From NCBI GenBank assembly GCA_031385205.1, contig JANNBG010000259.1, forward strand, positions 1 through 27,330: a DNA stretch of 27,330 nucleotides. Direction: 5' to 3'. The first letter of the stretch is position 1; each line of letters opens with the position of its first letter. A model generated the notes under the pieces. It searched no databases, was not told where the DNA came from, and saw only the letters and a program-made list of their open reading frames with translations. Positions 16,029 to 24,295 of the stretch are shown here, one piece after another. The stretch is from Rhodobacterales bacterium. GTDB lineage: Bacteria > Pseudomonadota > Alphaproteobacteria > Rhodobacterales > Rhodobacteraceae. A program made the translations under genes and the position numbers.

Positions 16029-16258
16029 GTCATCGCCGTGCCGCTCTTCAGACATGCCAAAGTGGGTTTGGGTCCACCCCGCACCATCGGCTTCAAAAAC
16101 CCTGCGCGATAAAAGATGAAATCAAGGCTCCTCGACCAGAACCGCAGGTGATGTGGCTTCCACTGCGGCAAAATCATCTTGCGCGTTCTCAAGAGGCGCG
16201 CAACGGGTAAAAGGGCCACAGCCTGCTGATCGTGACCGATGGCCTGCAGGGCTGTCAT
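16025..16258 (-). CDS. 77-aa ORF coupled at both ends; resembles the C-terminal tail of the neighbouring GNAT (fragment or mini-protein)
   Basis: ATGA overlap with the GT2 stop and GTGA overlap with the next gene. Ungapped 40-aa alignment with the neighbour's C-terminus gives 9 identities (PV.R, L, W, YR, F, K). Confidence 0.55.
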   Translation of the reverse strand: MTALQAIGHDQQAVALLPVARLLRTRKMILPQWKPHHLRFWSRSLDFIFYRAGFLKPMVRGGPKPTLACLKSGTAMT

Positions 16259-17247
16259 CCGGCGGGCTCGCGGCCTGTCAAATGATACACCAAGGCGGCC
16301 GATGACAACCGCACCCGCGATTTGATGGTGTCATCCGTCCGCACCATGGACAGCATCCCAAAGACGGCGCACCGCAGCAGCGCAGTGATCACAAACAGCG
16401 CCCTGACACAGAGATAGCCCCCCCGGCCATGATGCTTGCGGGCATAAATCAGATGGCTCTTCTGCATTTGAACAAACATTTTTGACCGGATCTGCGCGGT
16501 GCTTTTCCCGCCGCCATCGCGGTGAATGATCTGGGCCACCGGGGCAAAAACACAGCGCCAGCCCGCTTTTCGGATGCGACGGCACCAGTCCGCTTCTTCG
16601 GCATAGACAAAGAAGGTGGCATCCAGCGGGCCGACCTGATCCAACACGGTGCGGGGGACCAACATGAACATGCCGGACACGATATCGACATCCCGGGCGG
16701 ACCGCCGATCCCAGTCAAGATACCACGGGCGGCCAAGACCGGGCAGCCATCGCGCCAGCCGCATCAACCCAAATTCGGTGATCAGCATGTTCAGGGGTGT
16801 GGGATCTGCAAAACAGGTTTGTTGAATGACCTGCGCGTTCTCCATCACCTGGCATCCGACGCAGCCCACATCCGGATGTGCCGCGAGCCAGATCAACATG
16901 CGGTCAATCGCGCCATCGCACACCAGCGTATCGGGATTGAGCAGCAGCACATGCTGCCCTTGGGCAATGGCAAGTCCCTGATTATTGGCCCCTGCAAACC
17001 CATAGTTTGTTGTGTTTGCAATCAACAGGACATGGGGGAAATCGGCCGTGACCATCGCACAAGAGCCATCAGAACTGGCATTATCCACCACGATTATCTC
17101 GTGCGGCACAGATGTTTCGGCCGTGATCGAGGTCAGACAATCACGCAGCAGATCGCGGGTATTCCAGTTGACAATAATGACGGAAACCACCGCTTTTGGA
17201 TCGGATACTTCGGGTGCCACACGCGGGACTGCAGGCAATAGGGTCAT
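16255..17247 (-). CDS. GT2 family glycosyltransferase (WbbL/rhamnosyltransferase-like)
   Basis: SVIIVNWN, IIVVDNASSDGS, NYGFAGANNQG, LLLNPDT, VSGMFML and FFVYAEEADWCRR motifs. Confidence 0.93.
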   Translation of the reverse strand: MTLLPAVPRVAPEVSDPKAVVSVIIVNWNTRDLLRDCLTSITAETSVPHEIIVVDNASSDGSCAMVTADFPHVLLIANTTNYGFAGANNQGLAIAQGQHVLLLNPDTLVCDGAIDRMLIWLAAHPDVGCVGCQVMENAQVIQQTCFADPTPLNMLITEFGLMRLARWLPGLGRPWYLDWDRRSARDVDIVSGMFMLVPRTVLDQVGPLDATFFVYAEEADWCRRIRKAGWRCVFAPVAQIIHRDGGGKSTAQIRSKMFVQMQKSHLIYARKHHGRGGYLCVRALFVITALLRCAVFGMLSMVRTDDTIKSRVRLSSAALVYHLTGREPAG

Positions 17248-17466
17248 TCCGCTTACACTTTCTGGGTCCGATACATCTGTCTGACCATCCTTGCGCGACA
17301 GCCTGTCTCGTCTTTAAGGTATTGAAATGCCGCTTTGATGAAAAGAACGAAACATCTGTGGCCGCATCGTGGCAAGAGAGTTGCTCTTGGATTTTTTGGG
17401 TGCACACAGACCATACATGACAGGATAGATATTGATGCATGCACCGCGCTATGATGATGTGGCCAT

Positions 17467-18588
17467 GTGATGCTTGCAAAGATGACCCGCGGCCATGTGT
17501 TGACGCGTGACCCGGCGGGGGGCGTGCAGGCGCTGTTTGCCGGGCGACGGGTCGGATATAGCTTCAACACCCGTGTTGCCATTCGCAGGGCCTATGATCT
17601 GCTTGGTCTGCGACCCGGCGACGAGGTGCTGGCCCCGGCCTATAACTGCGGGTCCGAGCTTGACCCGCTGCTGCATGCCGGCGTTACGATCCGGCTTTAT
17701 CCCGTGGACAGGACGGCCCAGATTGATTGTGGGGCCGTGGAACGGATGATCGGGCCGCGGACAAAGGCAATTTATCTGACGCATTACTTTGGCTTTCTGC
17801 AGCGCGATGCGGCAGCGTTGCGGTTGATCTGCGATCAGCACGGGCTGTTCCTGATTGAAGATTGCGCGCTGAGCCTGCTCAGCGGGGCGCGGCCCGCCGA
17901 GGGACGTTTTGGTGACGTTGCCGTGTTCTGCTTTTACAAGTTCTTCCCGGTCATCGGCGGGGGCGCGCTGGTTGTGAACAACCCGGCCCTTTCGGGTGCG
18001 GCCCCGTTTCATCGGCCAGCCCCTCTGAACCAGGTTGGGCGGGCGGTGCTGCGGGAAACCCTGCAGAAGCTTCCGGGATCAGACGCGCTTTTTGGTGCCT
18101 TGAAACGTCATCGACGGCAAAGTGTGACCGCAGCCCCGGTTCTGGACGCCCCCGATATGCCGCCCCATTATTATTTTGATCCCCGCCTGCGTGACCGCAG
18201 AATCAGTCGTTTGACCGCATGGACACTGCAGTCCTTCGCCATTGATGCGACGATCCGGGCCCGGCGCCGAAACTATCTGCGCCTGCAAGACTGTCTTGCA
18301 GGCGTGGCGGGCGTAACCCTGCTTGCCGATGGTCTGCCACAAGATGCCTGTCCTATGGGGATGCCGGTGCTGGTGACAAACCGCAATGCGGTGGCCGACA
18401 GGCTGACCAGGCAAGGGATATCCGTCACGCCGTGGTGGGCGGGGTTTCACAGGCGGCTGTCTTGGGAAGGCTGTGCTGACGCCTGCCATCTGAAGAACCA
18501 TCTGCTTATGCTCCCCGTATATCAGGGGCTGGATGACGGGGCGATGGACCGAATCGCACAGGGTCTTGCCATGACGATCGGACGCTGA
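17467..18588 (+). CDS. DegT/DnrJ/EryC1/StrS-family PLP-dependent aminotransferase
   Basis: GDEVLAPAYNC, KAIYLTHYFG, LIEDCA, and FCFYKFFPVIGGG (PLP lysine); R..NYL.L in the C-terminal half. Confidence 0.88.
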   Translation: MMLAKMTRGHVLTRDPAGGVQALFAGRRVGYSFNTRVAIRRAYDLLGLRPGDEVLAPAYNCGSELDPLLHAGVTIRLYPVDRTAQIDCGAVERMIGPRTKAIYLTHYFGFLQRDAAALRLICDQHGLFLIEDCALSLLSGARPAEGRFGDVAVFCFYKFFPVIGGGALVVNNPALSGAAPFHRPAPLNQVGRAVLRETLQKLPGSDALFGALKRHRRQSVTAAPVLDAPDMPPHYYFDPRLRDRRISRLTAWTLQSFAIDATIRARRRNYLRLQDCLAGVAGVTLLADGLPQDACPMGMPVLVTNRNAVADRLTRQGISVTPWWAGFHRRLSWEGCADACHLKNHLLMLPVYQGLDDGAMDRIAQGLAMTIGR

Positions 18589-18772
18589 AAGGCTGCGGCA
18601 AGTGTTCATAAGAGATGAACTTGTCAACAGTATGTGAATCCGTCCTCCACTGTCGCCAAATGCCTGTGTGAAGCGCCATATTCCAGGCCCGCTCTTGCCA
18701 CAGAGATCAGTAAAAATTGCGCGTGCGAAGCCATATGCCGTGGCGCGCTGCCGCTAAAAGTCTGGGGAATAC

Positions 18773-21700
18773 ATGTCGCAAACTTTTTCAGTGGCCTCAC
18801 AGGCCGAGCTTCTGCATGCCTTGTCGCAGGCGACGGGCGGCGATGTCATCAAGCTACAGGGCGGCAACTATGGTGACGTCTTTGTCCAAGATACCGCCGC
18901 AATGGACCTGACCTTTGACGCAACAGTGACCATCATCTCCGCCGATCCCAACGATCCCGCCGTCTTTAGTGGAATGGATGTGCGTGGCGCCACGAACCTC
19001 CGCTTTGATGGTGTGGTGTTTGATTATGTGTTCACGCAAGGCGATGTGACATGGGAACGCCCATTCAGCTTTACCAACTGCGCAAACCTTACAATTCAGA
19101 ATAGCGTCTTTGATGGGGATGTCGCATCCGGCGTCTCTGCGATCGACGATGGTTACAGCACCGGCATCGGCCTGTCCGTGATCGGTTCGACGGATGTCGT
19201 GATCAAAGACAACGCACTTTTCGACTTTCACCGCGGCATGACCATCATAACCAGCAGCGGAGTGACGGTTTCCGGCAATGATGTGCATACGATCCGATCA
19301 GACGGGATGGATTTTGCCGAAGTCACGGATGTCGTGATTGAAGATAACTGGATTCATGATTTCAAGCATGCCCCTGGGTCCGACGACCACAGTGACATGA
19401 TCCAGTTCTGGACGGCCTCTACGAATGCGCCAAGCACCGACATCATCATCCGAAACAACGTTCTCGACATCGGGTCCGGCGATTGGGCGCAGTCGATCTT
19501 CATGCGCAACGAGATGGTTGATAGTGGTCTTGCGGGAACCGAGATGTTTTATCGCAATGTCCTGATCGAGAATAACATGATCGTGAATGGCCATCTGCAT
19601 GGCATCACGGTGGGGGAAACAGCGGGTCTGACGATCCGGAACAATTCCGTTCTGCACGCAGATGGCGTCGGGGTTGACGGCCAGGATTCTGGGGTCGAGA
19701 TTCCGCGAATTACGGTCGCAGTGTCCTCGACCGGAGTCATCATCACCGAGAACCTGACCGCGGCGATCACAGGGTGGACCGGGCAGGCTGGCTGGACTGT
19801 CAGTGATAACGTCCTTGTCCAGGACCAGGACCCGCTTGCCGCTGGCTACTATGCCGATGTGTTTCTGGCCTCGTCCCTGCAGCCTGTGAACGGTGTGCAT
19901 GCCTTCATTCTGCTTCCGGGCAGCGCCCTGGGCCAATCCAGCGTGGGCGCAGACGGCAGCCACGCTGACCCGAGCCTTGTGGCCGCACAGTTCCATGTCA
20001 TGCAGGTGGAAGGCGATGGCGCAACGCGGCTGTTTGACGCCCGGTTTGGCAATAGCCTGCCCGCGGGCACGGCCTTTGAATGGGATTTTGGCGATGGGAC
20101 GACGGCCAATGGCACGCTGATCCGCCACAGCTTTGCCGATGGCGGATTGCGCGATGTGACCCTGACCCTGCGCTTCCCTGATGGGACGGTTGCCAGCGCC
20201 AGCCTGACGCTTGGGATTGACGGCCCGGATATGCTGGTTCTGGGCGCAGATGGGGGATTTATGGCCTATGACGATGGTCAGGCTGTGGCACTTCCGGTGC
20301 CGGCAGCGGGGTCACCTGCGGGACTGCAATTGGGCGCGCCTGGTGTTGCGGCCTTTGTCGCACTGCAATATCTGACTGATCTGCCGGGCAGCGATGACAT
20401 CGCCATGAGCCTGACCTTGAAGGCCGATACCCTCGGGGCAACCGGCGAGGTGTTCCGGCTGCATGGCAGTTTCCTTGCCACGGTCAATGCAACAGGTGAC
20501 CTTGTGCTCACCTTGTTTTCATCCACTGGCCTGCAGACCCTGACGACCAGCGGGGCGGGGCTTGGTGATTTGTCTGCGCATCAGATCGGGATCACCCTCG
20601 CCTCCGGCCGGGTCCAGATCACGGTTGATGGCGACCTCTTGACCGATGCCGCCCTTGCCGGGCCGCTTGGCTGGACCGGGGCGCATGACCTGACCTTTGG
20701 CAATTCTTGGGGCGGGCAGAATTTCAACGGCGATCTGCAGGCCTTCCGCATCATGACCAATGCGTCAGACTATCACGCAACCCCTGAAACGGAGGTCCTG
20801 CAAGGCAATGATGCACGCCTCTTGACGGGTGGGACAGGCAATGATGTCTACACCCTGATAACGGCGGCTGTGACGATCATTGATGCAGGGGGTGTTGATG
20901 AAACGCAATCCTCTGCCCTGTCCATCGACCTGACAACCAGTGGGCTCACCGATATTGAAAATGCCAGTTTGACGGGGACATACAACCTGAACCTGACGGG
21001 CGACAGTGGGACCAATGTTCTTGCTGGTAACACCGGGGCCAATACCCTGAATGGCGGCGCGGGCAGTGATACCCTGAATGGCGGCGCGGGCGCCGATACC
21101 CTGAATGGCGGCGCGGGGGCCGATACCATGGCGGGCGGCACGGGCAGTGATACTTATATCGTCAATAACACCGCTGACCATGTGGTCGAAACCGCAACCG
21201 GAACCAGCATCGACACCATCCAGACCACCGTCAGCACCACACTGGGGACCAATGTCGAAAATGGCATTCTTATCGGCGGGGCCGACACGCTGATCGGCAA
21301 TACCGGGGCAAACGTCCTGATCGGCAACACCGGGGCGAACGTCCTGACGGGCGGGGCGGGCAGTGATACCATTCTGGGCGGCTCGGGCAATGATACCCTG
21401 AATGGCGGTGTGGGCGCCGATACCATGGCGGGCGGTACTGGCAACGATACCTATATCGTCAATAGCCGTGGCGACCGCGTGATCGAAAGTGGGATCGGCA
21501 TTGATACTGTTTACACGTCCATCAATTACACCCTTGGCAATAGTCTTGAAAATCTTGTTCTGACGGGCACGAATGCCAGTCGCCTGACCGGAAACGCGCT
21601 GGCAAACCACCTGACCGGCAACCGGGCCGACAACAAACTGGACGGTCTTGCGGGCAATGATACGCTGACCGGCGGTGGTGGCACGGATACCTTCGTGTTC

Positions 21701-21928
21701 AAAACTGGTTACGATCATGACAAGGTCACGGATTTTGACGCCAAGGGCGCATTGCACGATATCCTCGACATCCGGGACATGGATACGGTGCGCAACTTCA
21801 AGGATCTTGTGCTGAATCACATGCGGCAGGACGGCAATGATGTCGTGATCTACAGCGGTGATGGTGACAGCATCCGGCTTCACGACGTGTTTTTGGGGCA
21901 CATCGGGAAAATGGATGTTCTGATATAG
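18773..21928 (+). CDS. Type-I-secreted beta-helix + PKD + LamG protein with RTX (GGxGxDxLx) Ca-binding repeats; paralog of 8085-10190
   Basis: No signal peptide; same beta-helix motifs as 8085-10190; FEWDFGDGT PKD motif; LamG-like region; many nonapeptide repeats; C-terminal DTFVF..GYDHDKVTDF...D tail typical of T1SS substrates. Confidence 0.9.
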   Translation: MSQTFSVASQAELLHALSQATGGDVIKLQGGNYGDVFVQDTAAMDLTFDATVTIISADPNDPAVFSGMDVRGATNLRFDGVVFDYVFTQGDVTWERPFSFTNCANLTIQNSVFDGDVASGVSAIDDGYSTGIGLSVIGSTDVVIKDNALFDFHRGMTIITSSGVTVSGNDVHTIRSDGMDFAEVTDVVIEDNWIHDFKHAPGSDDHSDMIQFWTASTNAPSTDIIIRNNVLDIGSGDWAQSIFMRNEMVDSGLAGTEMFYRNVLIENNMIVNGHLHGITVGETAGLTIRNNSVLHADGVGVDGQDSGVEIPRITVAVSSTGVIITENLTAAITGWTGQAGWTVSDNVLVQDQDPLAAGYYADVFLASSLQPVNGVHAFILLPGSALGQSSVGADGSHADPSLVAAQFHVMQVEGDGATRLFDARFGNSLPAGTAFEWDFGDGTTANGTLIRHSFADGGLRDVTLTLRFPDGTVASASLTLGIDGPDMLVLGADGGFMAYDDGQAVALPVPAAGSPAGLQLGAPGVAAFVALQYLTDLPGSDDIAMSLTLKADTLGATGEVFRLHGSFLATVNATGDLVLTLFSSTGLQTLTTSGAGLGDLSAHQIGITLASGRVQITVDGDLLTDAALAGPLGWTGAHDLTFGNSWGGQNFNGDLQAFRIMTNASDYHATPETEVLQGNDARLLTGGTGNDVYTLITAAVTIIDAGGVDETQSSALSIDLTTSGLTDIENASLTGTYNLNLTGDSGTNVLAGNTGANTLNGGAGSDTLNGGAGADTLNGGAGADTMAGGTGSDTYIVNNTADHVVETATGTSIDTIQTTVSTTLGTNVENGILIGGADTLIGNTGANVLIGNTGANVLTGGAGSDTILGGSGNDTLNGGVGADTMAGGTGNDTYIVNSRGDRVIESGIGIDTVYTSINYTLGNSLENLVLTGTNASRLTGNALANHLTGNRADNKLDGLAGNDTLTGGGGTDTFVFKTGYDHDKVTDFDAKGALHDILDIRDMDTVRNFKDLVLNHMRQDGNDVVIYSGDGDSIRLHDVFLGHIGKMDVLI
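21041..21148 (+). repeat. Four tandem 27-bp RTX nonapeptide-coding repeats
   Basis: (A/G)ATACCCTGAATGGCGGCGCGGG... three near-identical units plus one variant. Confidence 0.9.
21284..21445 (+). repeat. Six tandem 27-bp RTX nonapeptide-coding repeats
   Basis: DTLIGNTGA-NVLIGNTGA-NVLTGGAGS-DTILGGSGN-DTLNGGVGA-DTMAGGTGN. Confidence 0.85.
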
Positions 21929-21960
21929 CTGTCAGGCCGGGATGCGCGGTAGATAAGCGG

Positions 21961-22001
21961 CCAGCACCACCCCATGGTCTGACGCCATGGGGTGGTGCTG
22001 G
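21961..22001. terminator. Perfect 17-bp inverted repeat between convergent genes
   Basis: CCAGCACCACCCCATGG-tctgacg-CCATGGGGTGGTGCTGG, 1 bp from the acetyltransferase stop; no U-tract. Confidence 0.7.
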
Positions 22002-22002
22002 G

Positions 22003-22695
22003 TCATGTTTGTGTTGGGCCAAAAAGATCGTCGAAAGGGGGCGCTTCTATCAGTGACGTGATGTCCCTGTCCCACCATTGGCTGGCCGCGATTGTGGCGA
22101 TCCGGTCAGCCGCGAACCGCATGCGCAGCAATCGCGCAGGCACGCCGCCCACAATGGCATAGGCGGGCACATCCCGCGTCACCACAGCCCCTGCGGCAAT
22201 GACGGCCCCGTTACCGATCTGCTGGCACCCCGCAAGGATCGTCACCCGGTCACCAATCCAGACGTCGTGACCGATCGTCAGCGGATTATTGCGATCGTTT
22301 GGAATCGTATCGGTGCGCAGCAGACCGAGGGCCGCGTTATAGAAAAACGGGTGCAGGATGGGGCGGTCCAGCGGATGATTACGGCGGCGGACGATCAGGT
22401 CCGCACCGACAGAACAATAGCGCCCCACGTCCGTCCCTTGTGGCAAAATGCCGGGTGTCAGGATCGCACCGTAACTGAATGGACCAACATCTGCCCCGTG
22501 ATAGCGCCGCAGGATATCGCGCCATGTCACCGAAAACATCGCACCACCTTCAAGACGGAAACAGGCTTTCTGGACCAACGGACGCAGGCGGCGCAGGCGG
22601 TAGAGCGACAGCAGCGCTGCGGCCCAACGGCTTTGCGCAGATCGCCCAGCCTGCCGCGCGCGCGCGACGGCATCAGGGTGCCATGCCGGGTTCAT
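22003..22695 (-). CDS. Hexapeptide-repeat O-acetyltransferase (CatB/Vat-like fold)
   Basis: VGRYCSVG...[24 protein letters not shown]...[32 protein letters not shown]. Confidence 0.9.
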   Translation of the reverse strand: MNPAWHPDAVARARQAGRSAQSRWAAALLSLYRLRRLRPLVQKACFRLEGGAMFSVTWRDILRRYHGADVGPFSYGAILTPGILPQGTDVGRYCSVGADLIVRRRNHPLDRPILHPFFYNAALGLLRTDTIPNDRNNPLTIGHDVWIGDRVTILAGCQQIGNGAVIAAGAVVTRDVPAYAIVGGVPARLLRMRFAADRIATIAASQWWDRDITSLIEAPPFDDLFGPTQT

Positions 22696-22771
22696 AGGAC
22701 GTCCCTGCGCACGTGCGATATGGCGTGCAGGTCAGAGCCGTGACCGAACATCTTCCGCATCACCCTCTCCA

Positions 22772-24163
22772 CTAATGAAACAGCTCCTGACGCAGATTGG
22801 TCATACTTCCCAAAAGCATCGCAAGACTTAATCCCAGTGCAAACGCTGTGCCCCAGTCGGCCATGCCTATCTGCTGCTGTAGCCTGTCGCCGCCCAAGGC
22901 CAGCCCGAAGAAAAGCGCCATCAGGGCCAGTGGCGCGCGCAACGGTCTCAGGCTGATCCCCACGCGGCCACGCAGCATCAAAAGTGAGACGACAAAGCCG
23001 CAAAACTCGCCGCCGATCCCGACCCAGATCAGTTGCGTTATCGCGCCGCCCGTTTGCAGCACCCACCAGGCAACGGGCAGGCTGGCCATCCGAAAAAGAT
23101 TGGCGACCATCGCATTGCTGGTCTGCTGCCGTGCCACGGCAACAATCGCCCCACCAGCCTTGAACACGCGCAGGGCCTGCATCACGGACAAAAGTGTCAG
23201 GAGCGGGACAAGCGGGGCGTATTTCACCCCTAGCAGAAGGTCCACGAAAGATGCGCCCACCAGCACTATGCCAAAAACCAGCACGACACCGCTCAGGATA
23301 CTTGCCTCGATGGTCGCAATCGCCAGCCGTGAAAACTGTGCGACATCTGCGGCAACCGCAACCCGTGACAGGCGCGGCAGAAAGAAGTTCTGCGTCGACT
23401 TTGCCAGCACCAGTGTCGGCGTCAGCGTCAGCGTCATGCCCATGGCAAATATCGCCAGCACCTCCATGCCAAGCGCGTTGCCGACAATCAGCTTGTCGCC
23501 GTTAAAGACCAGAAACATCAGCATGCCATTCACCAGAATGGGCCAGCCAAAGCGCAATGACTGCCCGATCAGAACACGGTCAAACACAAGGCGGTAGGGG
23601 CGTCTGGCCACCGCATGCGATGTGATCGCTGTCAGTGCCGCCTGCAGGATGATAGCGTAAAGCATCACACGCCAATCGTCGAACCAGTGGCTCAGCGGCC
23701 AGACCGACAAGACCGAGGCCAGTGCTGGCAGAATACCGGTCAGGATCATCGGCCCAAAGACCATATGCCGGTTCAGCCGGTGGATATCAAAATGCACCAG
23801 GGCATTCAGCAAGGGCACGACCGCCATCACCTGATAGGCCCAGGCCGCAGCCGGGATGTCCAGAAATGCGGCCAGTGGATGCGCCATGACAAAGAGCGCA
23901 AGCGATGAAACCGCCCCGCGCAAGACCTGAAACCCCTGCAGACCCGCCTGAAACCGCGGATCGTCGCCGTCTTTCGACTGGATAATCTGCTGTTGCAGAC
24001 CAAAGGCCGACATCATCTCGACCACAGCCATGGCGACGGCAAAGGTGGCGGCAATGCCGTAATCCGCCACAGGGATCAGGCGCGCGATGATCAGATTGCG
24101 CGCCAGCAGCAGCAGGGCTGCAAAGGCGTTCCCTGACAGGATCAGAAGAACGGAGCGGATCAC
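22772..24163 (-). CDS. wzx: Oligosaccharide flippase (Wzx, MOP superfamily)
   Basis: About 12 hydrophobic helices; RNLIIARLI...DYG, GLQQQIIQ, FGWPILVNGMLMFLVFNGDKLIVG and LGVKY motifs; AGGA RBS before GTG. Confidence 0.9.
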   Translation of the reverse strand: MIRSVLLILSGNAFAALLLLARNLIIARLIPVADYGIAATFAVAMAVVEMMSAFGLQQQIIQSKDGDDPRFQAGLQGFQVLRGAVSSLALFVMAHPLAAFLDIPAAAWAYQVMAVVPLLNALVHFDIHRLNRHMVFGPMILTGILPALASVLSVWPLSHWFDDWRVMLYAIILQAALTAITSHAVARRPYRLVFDRVLIGQSLRFGWPILVNGMLMFLVFNGDKLIVGNALGMEVLAIFAMGMTLTLTPTLVLAKSTQNFFLPRLSRVAVAADVAQFSRLAIATIEASILSGVVLVFGIVLVGASFVDLLLGVKYAPLVPLLTLLSVMQALRVFKAGGAIVAVARQQTSNAMVANLFRMASLPVAWWVLQTGGAITQLIWVGIGGEFCGFVVSLLMLRGRVGISLRPLRAPLALMALFFGLALGGDRLQQQIGMADWGTAFALGLSLAMLLGSMTNLRQELFH

Positions 24164-24245
24164 ATCTGGTTTCCTGCATTCCTGCGCATTGCATGCTTGT
24201 TTCGTGTTGCCACAGGTCGGTCAAGCGCGAAAGCTTGGGGGCCGT

Positions 24246-24273
24246 TTGACAAGACCGGGCCGAACACCATACT
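24246..24273 (+). promoter_or_regulatory. Sigma70-type promoter for the FrhB-family gene
   Basis: TTGACA (24246-24251), 16-nt spacer, CATACT (24268-24273), followed by an AAGGAG RBS at 24284-24289. Confidence 0.6.
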
Positions 24274-24295
24274 GCCGGGCCATAAGGAGAGTGTC

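Noticed and set aside
18686-18698. Sigma54 promoter (GG...TTGC) upstream of the RTX gene
   Set aside because: GG-to-GC spacing is 9 nt rather than the required 10.
17369-18701. Shared 10-mer CTCTTGCCAC in two promoter regions
   Set aside because: The same 10-mer also occurs inside the wzy-like coding sequence (12245-12254), so chance cannot be excluded.
21041-21445. 27-bp repeats as a CRISPR array
   Set aside because: Repeats are contiguous with no unique spacers, are in frame in a CDS, and no cas genes are present.
20765-21901. 378-aa minus-strand ORF with apparent repeats (GIGARAAIQ)
   Set aside because: Mirror of the RTX nonapeptide repeats on the opposite strand.
22003-22695. Chloramphenicol/streptogramin resistance gene (catB/vat)
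   Set aside because: Same fold, but it lies directly downstream of wzx in an EPS locus, so sugar O-acetylation is more parsimonious; resistance cannot be inferred.
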